From Spirochaetaceae bacterium (GTDB lineage: Bacteria > Spirochaetota > Spirochaetia > DSM-2461), in contig OZ245056.1 of the NCBI GenBank assembly GCA_965224705.1, positions 1,440,001 to 1,504,000 on the forward strand: 64,000 nucleotides of DNA, in the 5' to 3' direction. Made by a program: the position numbers and the translations under genes. Below, piece after piece: positions 8,911 through 17,287 of the stretch. Below the pieces are notes generated by a model, which did no database searches, was not told where the DNA came from, and saw only the letters and a list, made by a program, of their open reading frames with translations. Every line of letters begins with the position of its first letter. The stretch's first letter is position 1.

Positions 8911-10595
8911 CCCCTATTTCTCACCAACATAAAATTGCATAAAAATCCTGGAGAATTTCTGTTCTCTCCGCTAATATATCAAACAAAAAGTTTCCAGTTG
9001 ATTGATCCTTGTTATTTCCGTCCAATTTAAGTCGATTTCTTCTGATTTTTTTTGCATTTTTTCAACCCTCGGTGCACAGCTTCCCCAGGGAATCCAGATG
9101 AGAACTATCAACTGTTTTTATTACCGCTCAGATGGCCCGGGATGTTCGTATCCAGATGTCCCACCAGGGAAAACTCTCCGGAAGACTGATCCAGACTCGG
9201 CGAACCGTAATCTTTACAGCGGCCGAAACTTTAAGCATCCTTAATCGGATTGTAGAGGACATGCTTCGAGTTTCATCACCGCTGACCTGCAGAATTGTTC
9301 TTCGAAGATGGACAAAGAAAATATAGGCGATTGTCGAGAAATACAATCGAAGCTGATTCGAACTCATCCACCAGGTGGAGGTGCGGTCGGCAAACAGATA
9401 AAGCTGCTGTTCTTTGATGCGATTCTCCATATCGCCGCGTGCACAGTAGACATCTTCATACAGCGATTGGGCATCCCCTTCTTCAGCAGAAATGTCCGTC
9501 ACAATAAAGCGGGGATTTTTCTTGCCCGGCAGATGTTCCACCCTGGCAATGACATCCCGATTGCGACTCCAACTGCTTTCGGTCTTCCAGGAAAAACGGG
9601 TAAAAACACGTTCGGCTTCTTTGCTTTTACCGAAGAGCTTTTCAGCCCTGACCATCTGCGGATCAATCTTCTTCAGCAGCCTCGTATTTCCTGCCATACC
9701 GGTGATATATCTGACTTTCAATATCTCACACTGTTTCAGGATACTCTCACGGCAGAAGCCCGAGTCTCCACGAAAAATGATACGAACATCAGGAAATTTG
9801 GCCCTGATCGCGCCAACCAGCTTGACCAGAATCTCTTCGGTACCCTCACAGGCATCCAGGCTGGACGGCCGCAGCCGGGCGATCAGGGGAAAATCATCAC
9901 AGAACACGTAGAGCGGAAGGTAGCAGTAGTGATCGTAATATCCGTGAAAAAACCGCTGCTGCTGCTCGCCGTGGATGGGAATGTCGGTGGCATCAAAATC
10001 CAGAATCAGGGTTTCCGGCGGCTCCTCGAAACTCTCAAGAAACAGTTGACAGAGAAGCTCTTCAATCCCCCTGGCATCCCAGGTGATTTTGCTGTACCGG
10101 TCCCTGGTTTTTTCATCCAGCTCATGACCGAGTTCCAATCTGTTCAGGGTGCTCTTTCCGGCAACTGGCGTTTTATCATCCCGCCCACATATATATTGAA
10201 GCAGTGGATCTTCGCGCAATTGTTCATGATCATTGAGATCTTCATAGCCCTGACAGATTCCGAAGATTCTCTGTTTCAGAAGAGTAGCCAGGCTATGTGT
10301 AATTTTTTCCTGATCTCTTTTATCGGTGAAAAAATCTGACAGCTTTTCAATAATTCTGTGCTTCTGCTCAACCTGCTGGAGGAGAAGAAATCCGGCATCG
10401 GAACTGTTGACCTTGCCGTCATTCTTTACAATAATTTTGCGGGATTTTCCGATTTCCATCCCTTGCAATTCGAGCTGATGGGCTTTACACTCTGTATTAG
10501 CAAAGCGGGCTTCTTTTTGTTTGTTATTTTTTTTCATGTAAATATTTTAGCATGGGAAGCCTGCTTTGTCTCAAGGTCTTGGTGAGAAATAGGGG
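8911..10595 (-). mobile_element. IS1380-family insertion sequence, 1685 bp
   Basis: 17-bp perfect TIRs CCCCTATTTCTCACCAA (8911-8927)/TTGGTGAGAAATAGGGG (10579-10595); CTAA target duplication (8907-8910, 10596-10599); empty site visible upstream of copy 1. Confidence 0.95.
9128..10537 (-). CDS. IS1380-family DDE transposase
   Basis: GYEDLNDH, LDFDATD, FHGYYDHYCYLPL, RGDSGF, YCARGDMENRIKE motifs. Confidence 0.93.
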   Translation of the reverse strand: MKKNNKQKEARFANTECKAHQLELQGMEIGKSRKIIVKNDGKVNSSDAGFLLLQQVEQKHRIIEKLSDFFTDKRDQEKITHSLATLLKQRIFGICQGYEDLNDHEQLREDPLLQYICGRDDKTPVAGKSTLNRLELGHELDEKTRDRYSKITWDARGIEELLCQLFLESFEEPPETLILDFDATDIPIHGEQQQRFFHGYYDHYCYLPLYVFCDDFPLIARLRPSSLDACEGTEEILVKLVGAIRAKFPDVRIIFRGDSGFCRESILKQCEILKVRYITGMAGNTRLLKKIDPQMVRAEKLFGKSKEAERVFTRFSWKTESSWSRNRDVIARVEHLPGKKNPRFIVTDISAEEGDAQSLYEDVYCARGDMENRIKEQQLYLFADRTSTWWMSSNQLRLYFSTIAYIFFVHLRRTILQVSGDETRSMSSTIRLRMLKVSAAVKITVRRVWISLPESFPWWDIWIRTSRAI

Positions 10596-10607
10596 CTAAA
10601 ATCCATC

Positions 10608-12362
10608 ATGAAAAAGAATCTGACTCAGGGCATCACCGATTTTAAGGAATTCATCGACAATAACTGCTACTTTGTCGATAAAACCCATCTCATAGCGCAT
10701 ATTATCAATGACCCCAGCAAGGTGCACCTCATAACCCGCCCTCGGCGCTTCGGCAAAACCCTGAATTTAAGCATGATCCGCTACTTCTTCGAGGCCCCGC
10801 CGCCGCACGGCGACAGCAGCGATCCACCACTCAATGCTGCACTGTTCAACGGCATGTCCATATCAAAACATCCCCAATGCCGCGAATACATGGGGAAATA
10901 CCCTGTGATACACTTAAGTTTCAAGGACGTGAAAAAATCAACATATCAAAATTGCATGGCTCTTATCAGGAACATGCTCTCCGCAGAATACCAACGGCAT
11001 GAGTATTTACAAAATTGTGGTGTATTGAATGACAGGGAAAGGGTAAAATTTGAGAAGATACTGTACAATGAGGGCAGCGATCAGGACTGCGAGGAATCCA
11101 TAACCTTTCTGTCTATATGGCTCAAGCGCGCCTACGGCAAACCGGTCTACATTCTTCTGGACGAGTACGACACCCCGCTGCACGCCGCCTACACCGACAA
11201 CTTTTACGATGAAATGATAGCCTTTATCCGCAGCTTCATGGTGCAAAGCTTCAAGGACAATCCCAATTTGAAGCAGGCGGTGGTCATCGGCATACTCAAA
11301 GTGGCCCAGGAGAGCATCTTCAGCGACTTCAACAATCCGGCGGTGTCCACCCTGCTCGATCCCGAAATGAAGGACTGCTTCGGCTTCACGGAACCCGAAG
11401 TGGAGGCCATGGCGGACTACTATGAGCTTGGGGACAGGATGGACGGCATCAGGGAATGGTACAACGGCTACATCTTCGGCGGGGACACGGTCATCTACAA
11501 CCCCTGGAGCATCATCAACTACCTAAGCGCTCCGGAGGCCGGACTGCGTCCCTACTGGGTGCACACCAGTGCCAACAGGATGGTGAAGGAAACGCTGCAG
11601 CTGAACAAAAGGGACAGCCGGGAAACCATGGAGAGGCTGCTTAAGGGAGAGGAGGTCAGGCGGGAGGTAGCGGTCAACATCGTCTACCCGCAGATACGAA
11701 CCCGCCCGGATGTGGCATGGAGCTTCCTGCTCCACGGCGGTTATCTCAAGGCCAGCGAAAGGCAGCAGCACGAGATAAGCCAGGACTACCGGCTGGAAAT
11801 TCCCAACCGAGAGGTACGCTATTCCTACATAACCACAATCAAGGACTGGCTGGAGGAGGATGTAGAGGCAGGCGAGTCCTTTCATTCCTTTATCCGCGGC
11901 ATCAGGGAAGGGGACGCGACCCTGATAGAGGAGGGTCTTGGGGAGATTCTCCTGGGCCTTGCCAGCTTCCACGATACCGCCTCCCAGGGCGAAAAAGAAG
12001 AAAAGAAGCGAGCGGAGGGCTTCTACCACGGACTGGTACTGGGGATGCTGGCCTACCTGAGCGGCGAGTACACGGTGGAGAGCAACCGGGAATGCGGCAT
12101 GGGCCGCCCCGACATCGTATTGATTCAGCGCGGCTCCGGGCGGCCGGGTCATGTTCTGCTGTTCGAGTTCAAACGGGAGCCTGCCGCCGGAACCACACCG
12201 CTCAAGCAGCTGGCACAGGAGGCCTATTCCCAGGCGGAGCAAAAATACCTGGAGGGGGCGCAGGAGAAGTGGAACCCGGGGGAGATTGTCATCTACGGGG
12301 TGGGCTTTCGCGGCAAGGCACTGGCATTGGAAGCAAGTGGGGAGAACGAAGCTCTCCCATGA
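10608..12362 (+). CDS. AAA-ATPase-like + PD-(D/E)XK nuclease protein, array copy 3
   Basis: Same motifs, intact ORF; separated from its promoter by the IS. Confidence 0.92.
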   Translation: MKKNLTQGITDFKEFIDNNCYFVDKTHLIAHIINDPSKVHLITRPRRFGKTLNLSMIRYFFEAPPPHGDSSDPPLNAALFNGMSISKHPQCREYMGKYPVIHLSFKDVKKSTYQNCMALIRNMLSAEYQRHEYLQNCGVLNDRERVKFEKILYNEGSDQDCEESITFLSIWLKRAYGKPVYILLDEYDTPLHAAYTDNFYDEMIAFIRSFMVQSFKDNPNLKQAVVIGILKVAQESIFSDFNNPAVSTLLDPEMKDCFGFTEPEVEAMADYYELGDRMDGIREWYNGYIFGGDTVIYNPWSIINYLSAPEAGLRPYWVHTSANRMVKETLQLNKRDSRETMERLLKGEEVRREVAVNIVYPQIRTRPDVAWSFLLHGGYLKASERQQHEISQDYRLEIPNREVRYSYITTIKDWLEEDVEAGESFHSFIRGIREGDATLIEEGLGEILLGLASFHDTASQGEKEEKKRAEGFYHGLVLGMLAYLSGEYTVESNRECGMGRPDIVLIQRGSGRPGHVLLFEFKREPAAGTTPLKQLAQEAYSQAEQKYLEGAQEKWNPGEIVIYGVGFRGKALALEASGENEALP

Positions 12363-12519
12363 AGTCTGCGTCAACCGCTTCAAAGCGGTCCGTGCCCACC
12401 CCCTCTCCTATGAAGAGGGACCTAACCCATAAATATAACGACATCCCCACTAAGCAAATTTTCCCCAAGTTCACCCCAAAGCCCCTGAAGAGAACAAAAA
12501 ACCCGCTTTTCACGAAGCG

Positions 12520-12621
12520 AGGGGGGATTCTCAAGGGGGACACCCCCTTGAGTCGTATTTTTCTTTGTTAAACTTTCTTTTTGTCGAAAAAAAAGAAAGT
12601 TTAGGCCCAGCGGCCCGAGCG
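12520..12621 (+). repeat. Invariant 102-nt double-hairpin element, copy 4
   Basis: Identical to 4601-4702. Confidence 0.95.
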
Positions 12622-12655
12622 GCCACTCACAAAACCATGCTATGCTAAAGATGTC

Positions 12656-14416
12656 ATGAAAAAGAATCTGACTCAGGGCATCACCGATTTCAAGAAATTC
12701 ATCGACAATAACTGCTACTTTGTCGATAAAACCCATTTCATCGGTTGCCTTATCGACGACCCCAGCGAAGTGCACCTCATCACCCGCCCCCGCCGCTTCG
12801 GCAAAACCCTGAACCTGAGCATGATCCGTTACTTCTTCGAGGCCCCGCCACCGGGCGGCGATAGCAGAGATCCACCACCCAATGCCTCATTGTTCAATGG
12901 CATGTCCATATCAAAACATCCCCGATGCCGCGAATACATGGGAAAATACCCTGTGATACACCTGAGTTTCAAGGACGTGAAAAAATCAACTTATCAGAAT
13001 TGCATGGCTCTTATCAGGAACATGCTCTCTGCGGAATACCAACGGCATGAGTATTTACAAAACTGTGGAGTGTTGCGCGATGCCGAAAAAGAGCTGTTTT
13101 CCAAAATATTGGACAAAAAAGGCAGCGATCAGGACTGCGAGGAATCCATAATCTTTCTGTCTATATGGCTCAAGCGCGCCTACAAAAAACCGGTCTACAT
13201 CCTTCTGGACGAGTACGACACCCCTCTGCACGCCGCCTATGCCGACAACTTTTACGATGAGATGATCGCCTTCATCCGCAGCTTCATGGTGCAGAGCTTC
13301 AAAGACAACCCCAATTTAAAGCAGGCGGTGGTCATCGGCATACTCAAAGTGGCCCAGGAGAGCATCTTCAGCGACTTCAACAACCCAGCGGTGTCCACCC
13401 TGCTCGATCCCGAAATGGAGGACTGCTTTGGCTTCACGGAACCCGAAGTGGGGGCCATGGCGGACTACTATGGGCTTGGGGACAAGATGGACGGCATCAG
13501 GGAATGGTACAACGGCTACATCTTCGGCGAAGACACGGTCATCTACAATCCCTGGAGCATAGTCAATTACCTCAGGAGGCCATCGGCCGGGCTGCGTCCC
13601 TACTGGGTGCACACCAGTGCCAACAGGATGGTCAAGGAAACACTGCAGCTGAACAAGAGGGACAGCCGGGAAACCATGGAGAGGCTGCTTAAGGGAGAGG
13701 AGGTCAGACGGGAGGTGGCCCTCAACATCGTCTACCCGCAGATACGAACCCGCCCGGATGTGGCATGGAGTTTCCTGCTCCACGGCGGCTACCTGAAGGC
13801 CAGCGAAAGACGGCAGCACGAGATAATCCAGGACTACCGGCTGGATATTCCCAACCGCGAGGTCCGCTATTCCTACATGACCACAATCAAGGACTGGCTG
13901 GAGGAGGATGTGGAGGCGGGCGAGTCCTTTCATTTCTTCATCCGCGGTATCAGGGAAGGGAATGCCGCCCTGATTGAGAGAGGACTTGGGAAGGTTCTCC
14001 TGAGTATGACCAGTTATTACGACACCGCTGATGCCGCTGACGATGACGAGGAAATGGAGCGGGTGGAAGGCTTCTACCACGGTCTGGTTCTGGGGATGCT
14101 GGCCTACCTGAGTGGCGAGTACACGGTGGAGAGCAACCGGGAATGCGGGATGGGCCGCCCCGACATCGTATTGATTCAGTGCGGCCCTGAGCGCCCCGTC
14201 CATGTTCTGCTGTTCGAGTTCAAACGGGAGTCCGCCGCCGGAACCACGCCGCTAAAGCAGTTGGCACAGGATGCCTATACCCAGGCGGAGCAAAAATACC
14301 TGAAGGGGGCACAGGAGAAGTGGAACCCGGGGGAGATTGTCATCTACGGAGTGGGCTTTCGCGGCAAGGCACTGGCTCTGGAGGCAGGCGGAGGGGCGTT
14401 TCGCGGCCAGTTCTGA
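12656..14416 (+). CDS. AAA-ATPase-like + PD-(D/E)XK nuclease protein, array copy 4
   Basis: Same motifs; last ~9 residues differ from copies 1-3. Confidence 0.92.
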   Translation: MKKNLTQGITDFKKFIDNNCYFVDKTHFIGCLIDDPSEVHLITRPRRFGKTLNLSMIRYFFEAPPPGGDSRDPPPNASLFNGMSISKHPRCREYMGKYPVIHLSFKDVKKSTYQNCMALIRNMLSAEYQRHEYLQNCGVLRDAEKELFSKILDKKGSDQDCEESIIFLSIWLKRAYKKPVYILLDEYDTPLHAAYADNFYDEMIAFIRSFMVQSFKDNPNLKQAVVIGILKVAQESIFSDFNNPAVSTLLDPEMEDCFGFTEPEVGAMADYYGLGDKMDGIREWYNGYIFGEDTVIYNPWSIVNYLRRPSAGLRPYWVHTSANRMVKETLQLNKRDSRETMERLLKGEEVRREVALNIVYPQIRTRPDVAWSFLLHGGYLKASERRQHEIIQDYRLDIPNREVRYSYMTTIKDWLEEDVEAGESFHFFIRGIREGNAALIERGLGKVLLSMTSYYDTADAADDDEEMERVEGFYHGLVLGMLAYLSGEYTVESNRECGMGRPDIVLIQCGPERPVHVLLFEFKRESAAGTTPLKQLAQDAYTQAEQKYLKGAQEKWNPGEIVIYGVGFRGKALALEAGGGAFRGQF

Positions 14417-14422
14417 GTTGGC

Positions 14423-14470
14423 CCCGCATACGGCGTCGAAAAAGCCGCTTGAAATACTCATGTATACACA
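14423..14470 (+). repeat. MITE family B internal remnant
   Basis: CCCGCATACGGCGTCGAAAAAGCCGCTTGAAATACTCATGTATAC aligns to about 2519-2564. Confidence 0.7.
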
Positions 14471-14477
14471 TCGTCCA

Positions 14478-14530
14478 GGAGTCTGTCGGATTTTAAGGAT
14501 TCGAGGCGATTTTGATGATTTCTCCTGATG
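14478..14530 (+). repeat. Truncated MITE family A (left end)
   Basis: GGAGTCTGTCGGATTTTAAGGATTCGAGGCGATTTTGATGATTTTCTCCTGATG aligns to the start of 47805-47966. Confidence 0.8.
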
Positions 14531-14600
14531 CTGTCTCAACCAAATTCTCATTGAAAATGAAGCGTGTGTCAAGCCTTTATATGAAAAAGCCATTTTCTAT
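14524..14600. repeat. Right copy of ~80-bp diverged direct repeat (partner 861-940)
   Basis: Aligns to 861-940. Confidence 0.8.
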
Positions 14601-14628
14601 GTTTTAGACATACCCTAAAACAGGAATC

Positions 14629-14928
14629 TTGGCCCATTTCTTCTATGCCGTTTTTTGTTCAGGGAAGAAACGAATTCTTGAGATGGGGTTGGTCCGCTCC
14701 GGTCTTCTTATGATGAAAACAATGCAGCGGATGCGGCCTCTTTTCATTGTGGTTTCAGATAAGGAGCGGCTTGTTGGACGAATTCATGGCTATAGCGACG
14801 GTTCCTTTTTTCATATACAATTACCTCGTCCTTATCCGATGATTCCCGGGATGCAGGTGAGTCTTTCAGACTCCAGCGGTAGAGAGACGTATTTCAAGCT
14901 TTTTACCCCGGATCAGTCGACCGATTGA
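14629..14928 (+). CDS. Hypothetical protein
   Basis: Longest ORF in the interval; no recognisable motif, start uncertain. Confidence 0.3.
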   Translation: MAHFFYAVFCSGKKRILEMGLVRSGLLMMKTMQRMRPLFIVVSDKERLVGRIHGYSDGSFFHIQLPRPYPMIPGMQVSLSDSSGRETYFKLFTPDQSTD

Positions 14929-15076
14929 TGATGAGGCGGTTCAATTCTGAAATCAAACGTCGGTCAACCCCCTCCGGGGATATTGAAACAGTGGCTGTTT
15001 CGTTGGAAATACCTGAAATTCCTGGATCAGGTGAAAAACTCAGGGTGAAGAAGGATGGAATAACGAGGGTTGTGAT

Positions 15077-15721
15077 GTGAGAAATTTGTTATATACAGGA
15101 TTATTGCTTTTGCTGTACATCATGATTGGCTGCAGCGAATCATCTCCAGTGATAGAGCAGGTGGATTGGCGGGTTATTCACCGCAACCAGGACTTTCAGC
15201 GTGAAGAGTTATACCTTTTTGTTCGCATGTCAGATCCTGATGATGATGATGACCCGAACTTGATAACTGTCATTGCTGAAGGGACAGGATTTCAGTGGAA
15301 TTTTTCTCGAAGCGAGTGGATATTTATTGAAACTGATGGGGGGGATTTCTGGGGTATGCCGGGAATGATTCCATACTCCGGAAAGAGCCTGCCGAACGTG
15401 TTGTATACGGTTCGACTTACAGATTTAGCTGGTCAGACCGATGAAACGAAATTCCGACTGACATCAGACAGGGTTTCAATCACAGATATCAACTGGCCCG
15501 TTGTGAATGTTTCCAATGGCGTGCTCAGATACTCCGGGAAATATGATAAGCCGGTATTAATACTGCGTTCCAGTGATATGGATATGATTCACAAAACTCG
15601 TGCTTTTAATGGGTATGCACTCCCTGCAGGTCTCAGAGCCGTATGGTGGGAAATCTGGATCAGTCTTGACGATAAAGGCAGCGGTATCCGCATTGGTCCC
15701 CGGCGTTTACCGGTTCCATAA
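15077..15721 (+). CDS. Hypothetical lipoprotein
   Basis: Hydrophobic leader ending MIG-C. Confidence 0.7.
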   Translation: MRNLLYTGLLLLLYIMIGCSESSPVIEQVDWRVIHRNQDFQREELYLFVRMSDPDDDDDPNLITVIAEGTGFQWNFSRSEWIFIETDGGDFWGMPGMIPYSGKSLPNVLYTVRLTDLAGQTDETKFRLTSDRVSITDINWPVVNVSNGVLRYSGKYDKPVLILRSSDMDMIHKTRAFNGYALPAGLRAVWWEIWISLDDKGSGIRIGPRRLPVP

Positions 15722-17287
15722 GAAAGGGATCCATCGAAACCACTTATTGAATGGTTTTCTACCATGAGCAGCCGCATAATCGGAGGCCGCTTTATCCAGT
15801 GGATACAATGATCCGCACTGTTCTTTGAGACTGTGCCAGTGCTTGATTATCCAGATATACAGATCGGCCTCGGTTCTACCCGGGAAACGAGAGAGAATTT
15901 TTTCCCTGCGTACTATTTCCACAATGGGGATGTAGAGATTGCGGTGCCAGGAATGTACAGCCTCTTGAAAAGAGATTTCATCATTTTTTTCAAGGCTCAT
16001 ATAGTATTTGTGTCCTTCCAGATGATTCAATACTTCATGCCAGCGGCCAGGGGTTGTAAATGCAATCGTTTCTACGGGAATCATTTGATCAATACCTGTT
16101 TGTCCAAGCACACATTGCCGTTCCCACTCAATGACAGCTTTGAGTATTTCATCTCTTGTGGCATTTGCACTGATGGACAGTTCTGATGTGAGTTCTATCA
16201 CCTCCGCATCAATTGCAAGGACACCCTGGGTCAGCGCAACAGAAACACGATGATTTCCATCCCTTACGAAATACACATCGCCGATTTTCAGCAGCTTTAC
16301 TGGCGGAAGAACAACATCTGTGAGGTATGCACTGTCTATGCGCATCCAGCGATAGCGTAGATGCTCCTTCCTTGGAAAGAAATGACGGCTGAAATCCCGG
16401 TATCGATCTTCACTTCCCGCTATGGACTTTATTGGTACAGTCTGCATCCCAAGGTATTTTTCCCCACTTGTTTTAACCAGTTTCTTAATATCATGGAATG
16501 CCAGCAGCTGCCCTGCCTGTGGATTGACAATACTGCGCAGAGATTCCATCCAGGCCAGCAGTTTTGCTTTGTTGAAATCCTGCTCTACCAGGTTATTCAA
16601 GTATGGTTTGTTTTCCATCCCCTTCTCCCAATCGAAGATGATATGATTATATGCATTAACAATCCTTGTATTATAGAACTCAGACTGCCTCTGAGCATTG
16701 ATATCGTATAAATGAACGTGTCCATGTATCAGATAGCGCGGCTTGAATAGTTTTATAAACCATAGAAAGCATTTAAATCCCTGATGACATGGATCTTCGC
16801 GATCGTGAATTCCTTTTGGAGCAGCGTGTGTAACGAGTAAATCAGCCCATCGTCCATACGAAATCCGGTATATCATCATATGGGGGATAAGCTTGAGTAT
16901 TCTGAAAAACATTTGCAGCTCAGTATACTGGTGTTCTTCATTATTGTATCTTTGACTCCCACCCAGTCCTGCAATTATAATCCCGGTTTTTTTATCTCTC
17001 CTGATCGTACCATCCACACAGCATGATCCATAACTCATTGCGATTGAATTTTTTATATGGTCTGGAGGATATGTTTTTTGAGTTGGATGAAACATTGAAA
17101 GACCTGTCAGATTGTGATTTCCGAACACAAAATACAGAGGTTTGTTCAGGCAGGAGACTATGTATTCATAGTAGGAAATATCAAGATCTCCGGCTCCAAT
17201 AACAAAGTCAACCGTGTTAAATCTTTCTTTGATATTATGAGAATAGACAAGCGGATCTACATGATCCGCAACAGCCAATACCCTCAT
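15707..17287 (-). CDS. Calcineurin-like metallophosphoesterase fused to a ParB/Srx-like (DUF4032-like) region
   Basis: DH, GAGD, GNHN, THAAP, HGHVH in N-half; VRDGNHRVS and FPGRTEADLYIW in C-half. Confidence 0.8.
   Translation of the reverse strand: MRVLAVADHVDPLVYSHNIKERFNTVDFVIGAGDLDISYYEYIVSCLNKPLYFVFGNHNLTGLSMFHPTQKTYPPDHIKNSIAMSYGSCCVDGTIRRDKKTGIIIAGLGGSQRYNNEEHQYTELQMFFRILKLIPHMMIYRISYGRWADLLVTHAAPKGIHDREDPCHQGFKCFLWFIKLFKPRYLIHGHVHLYDINAQRQSEFYNTRIVNAYNHIIFDWEKGMENKPYLNNLVEQDFNKAKLLAWMESLRSIVNPQAGQLLAFHDIKKLVKTSGEKYLGMQTVPIKSIAGSEDRYRDFSRHFFPRKEHLRYRWMRIDSAYLTDVVLPPVKLLKIGDVYFVRDGNHRVSVALTQGVLAIDAEVIELTSELSISANATRDEILKAVIEWERQCVLGQTGIDQMIPVETIAFTTPGRWHEVLNHLEGHKYYMSLEKNDEISFQEAVHSWHRNLYIPIVEIVRREKILSRFPGRTEADLYIWIIKHWHSLKEQCGSLYPLDKAASDYAAAHGRKPFNKWFRWIPFLWNR

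Noticed and set aside
9308..10339. 343-aa ORF antisense to the transposase
   Set aside because: Shadow ORF with no recognisable domain
11717..12571. Alternative-frame and antisense ORFs over the array (e.g. 284, 286, 295, 328 aa)
   Set aside because: Shadow ORFs of GC-rich coding DNA; not kept intact across paralogs
4601..12621. CRISPR array interpretation of the four identical repeats
   Set aside because: Repeats are 102 nt and separated by 2-kb genes; no cas genes
4738..14416. Diversity-generating retroelement as the source of variation
   Set aside because: No reverse transcriptase or template repeat in the window; differences are block swaps with indels, not adenine-specific changes
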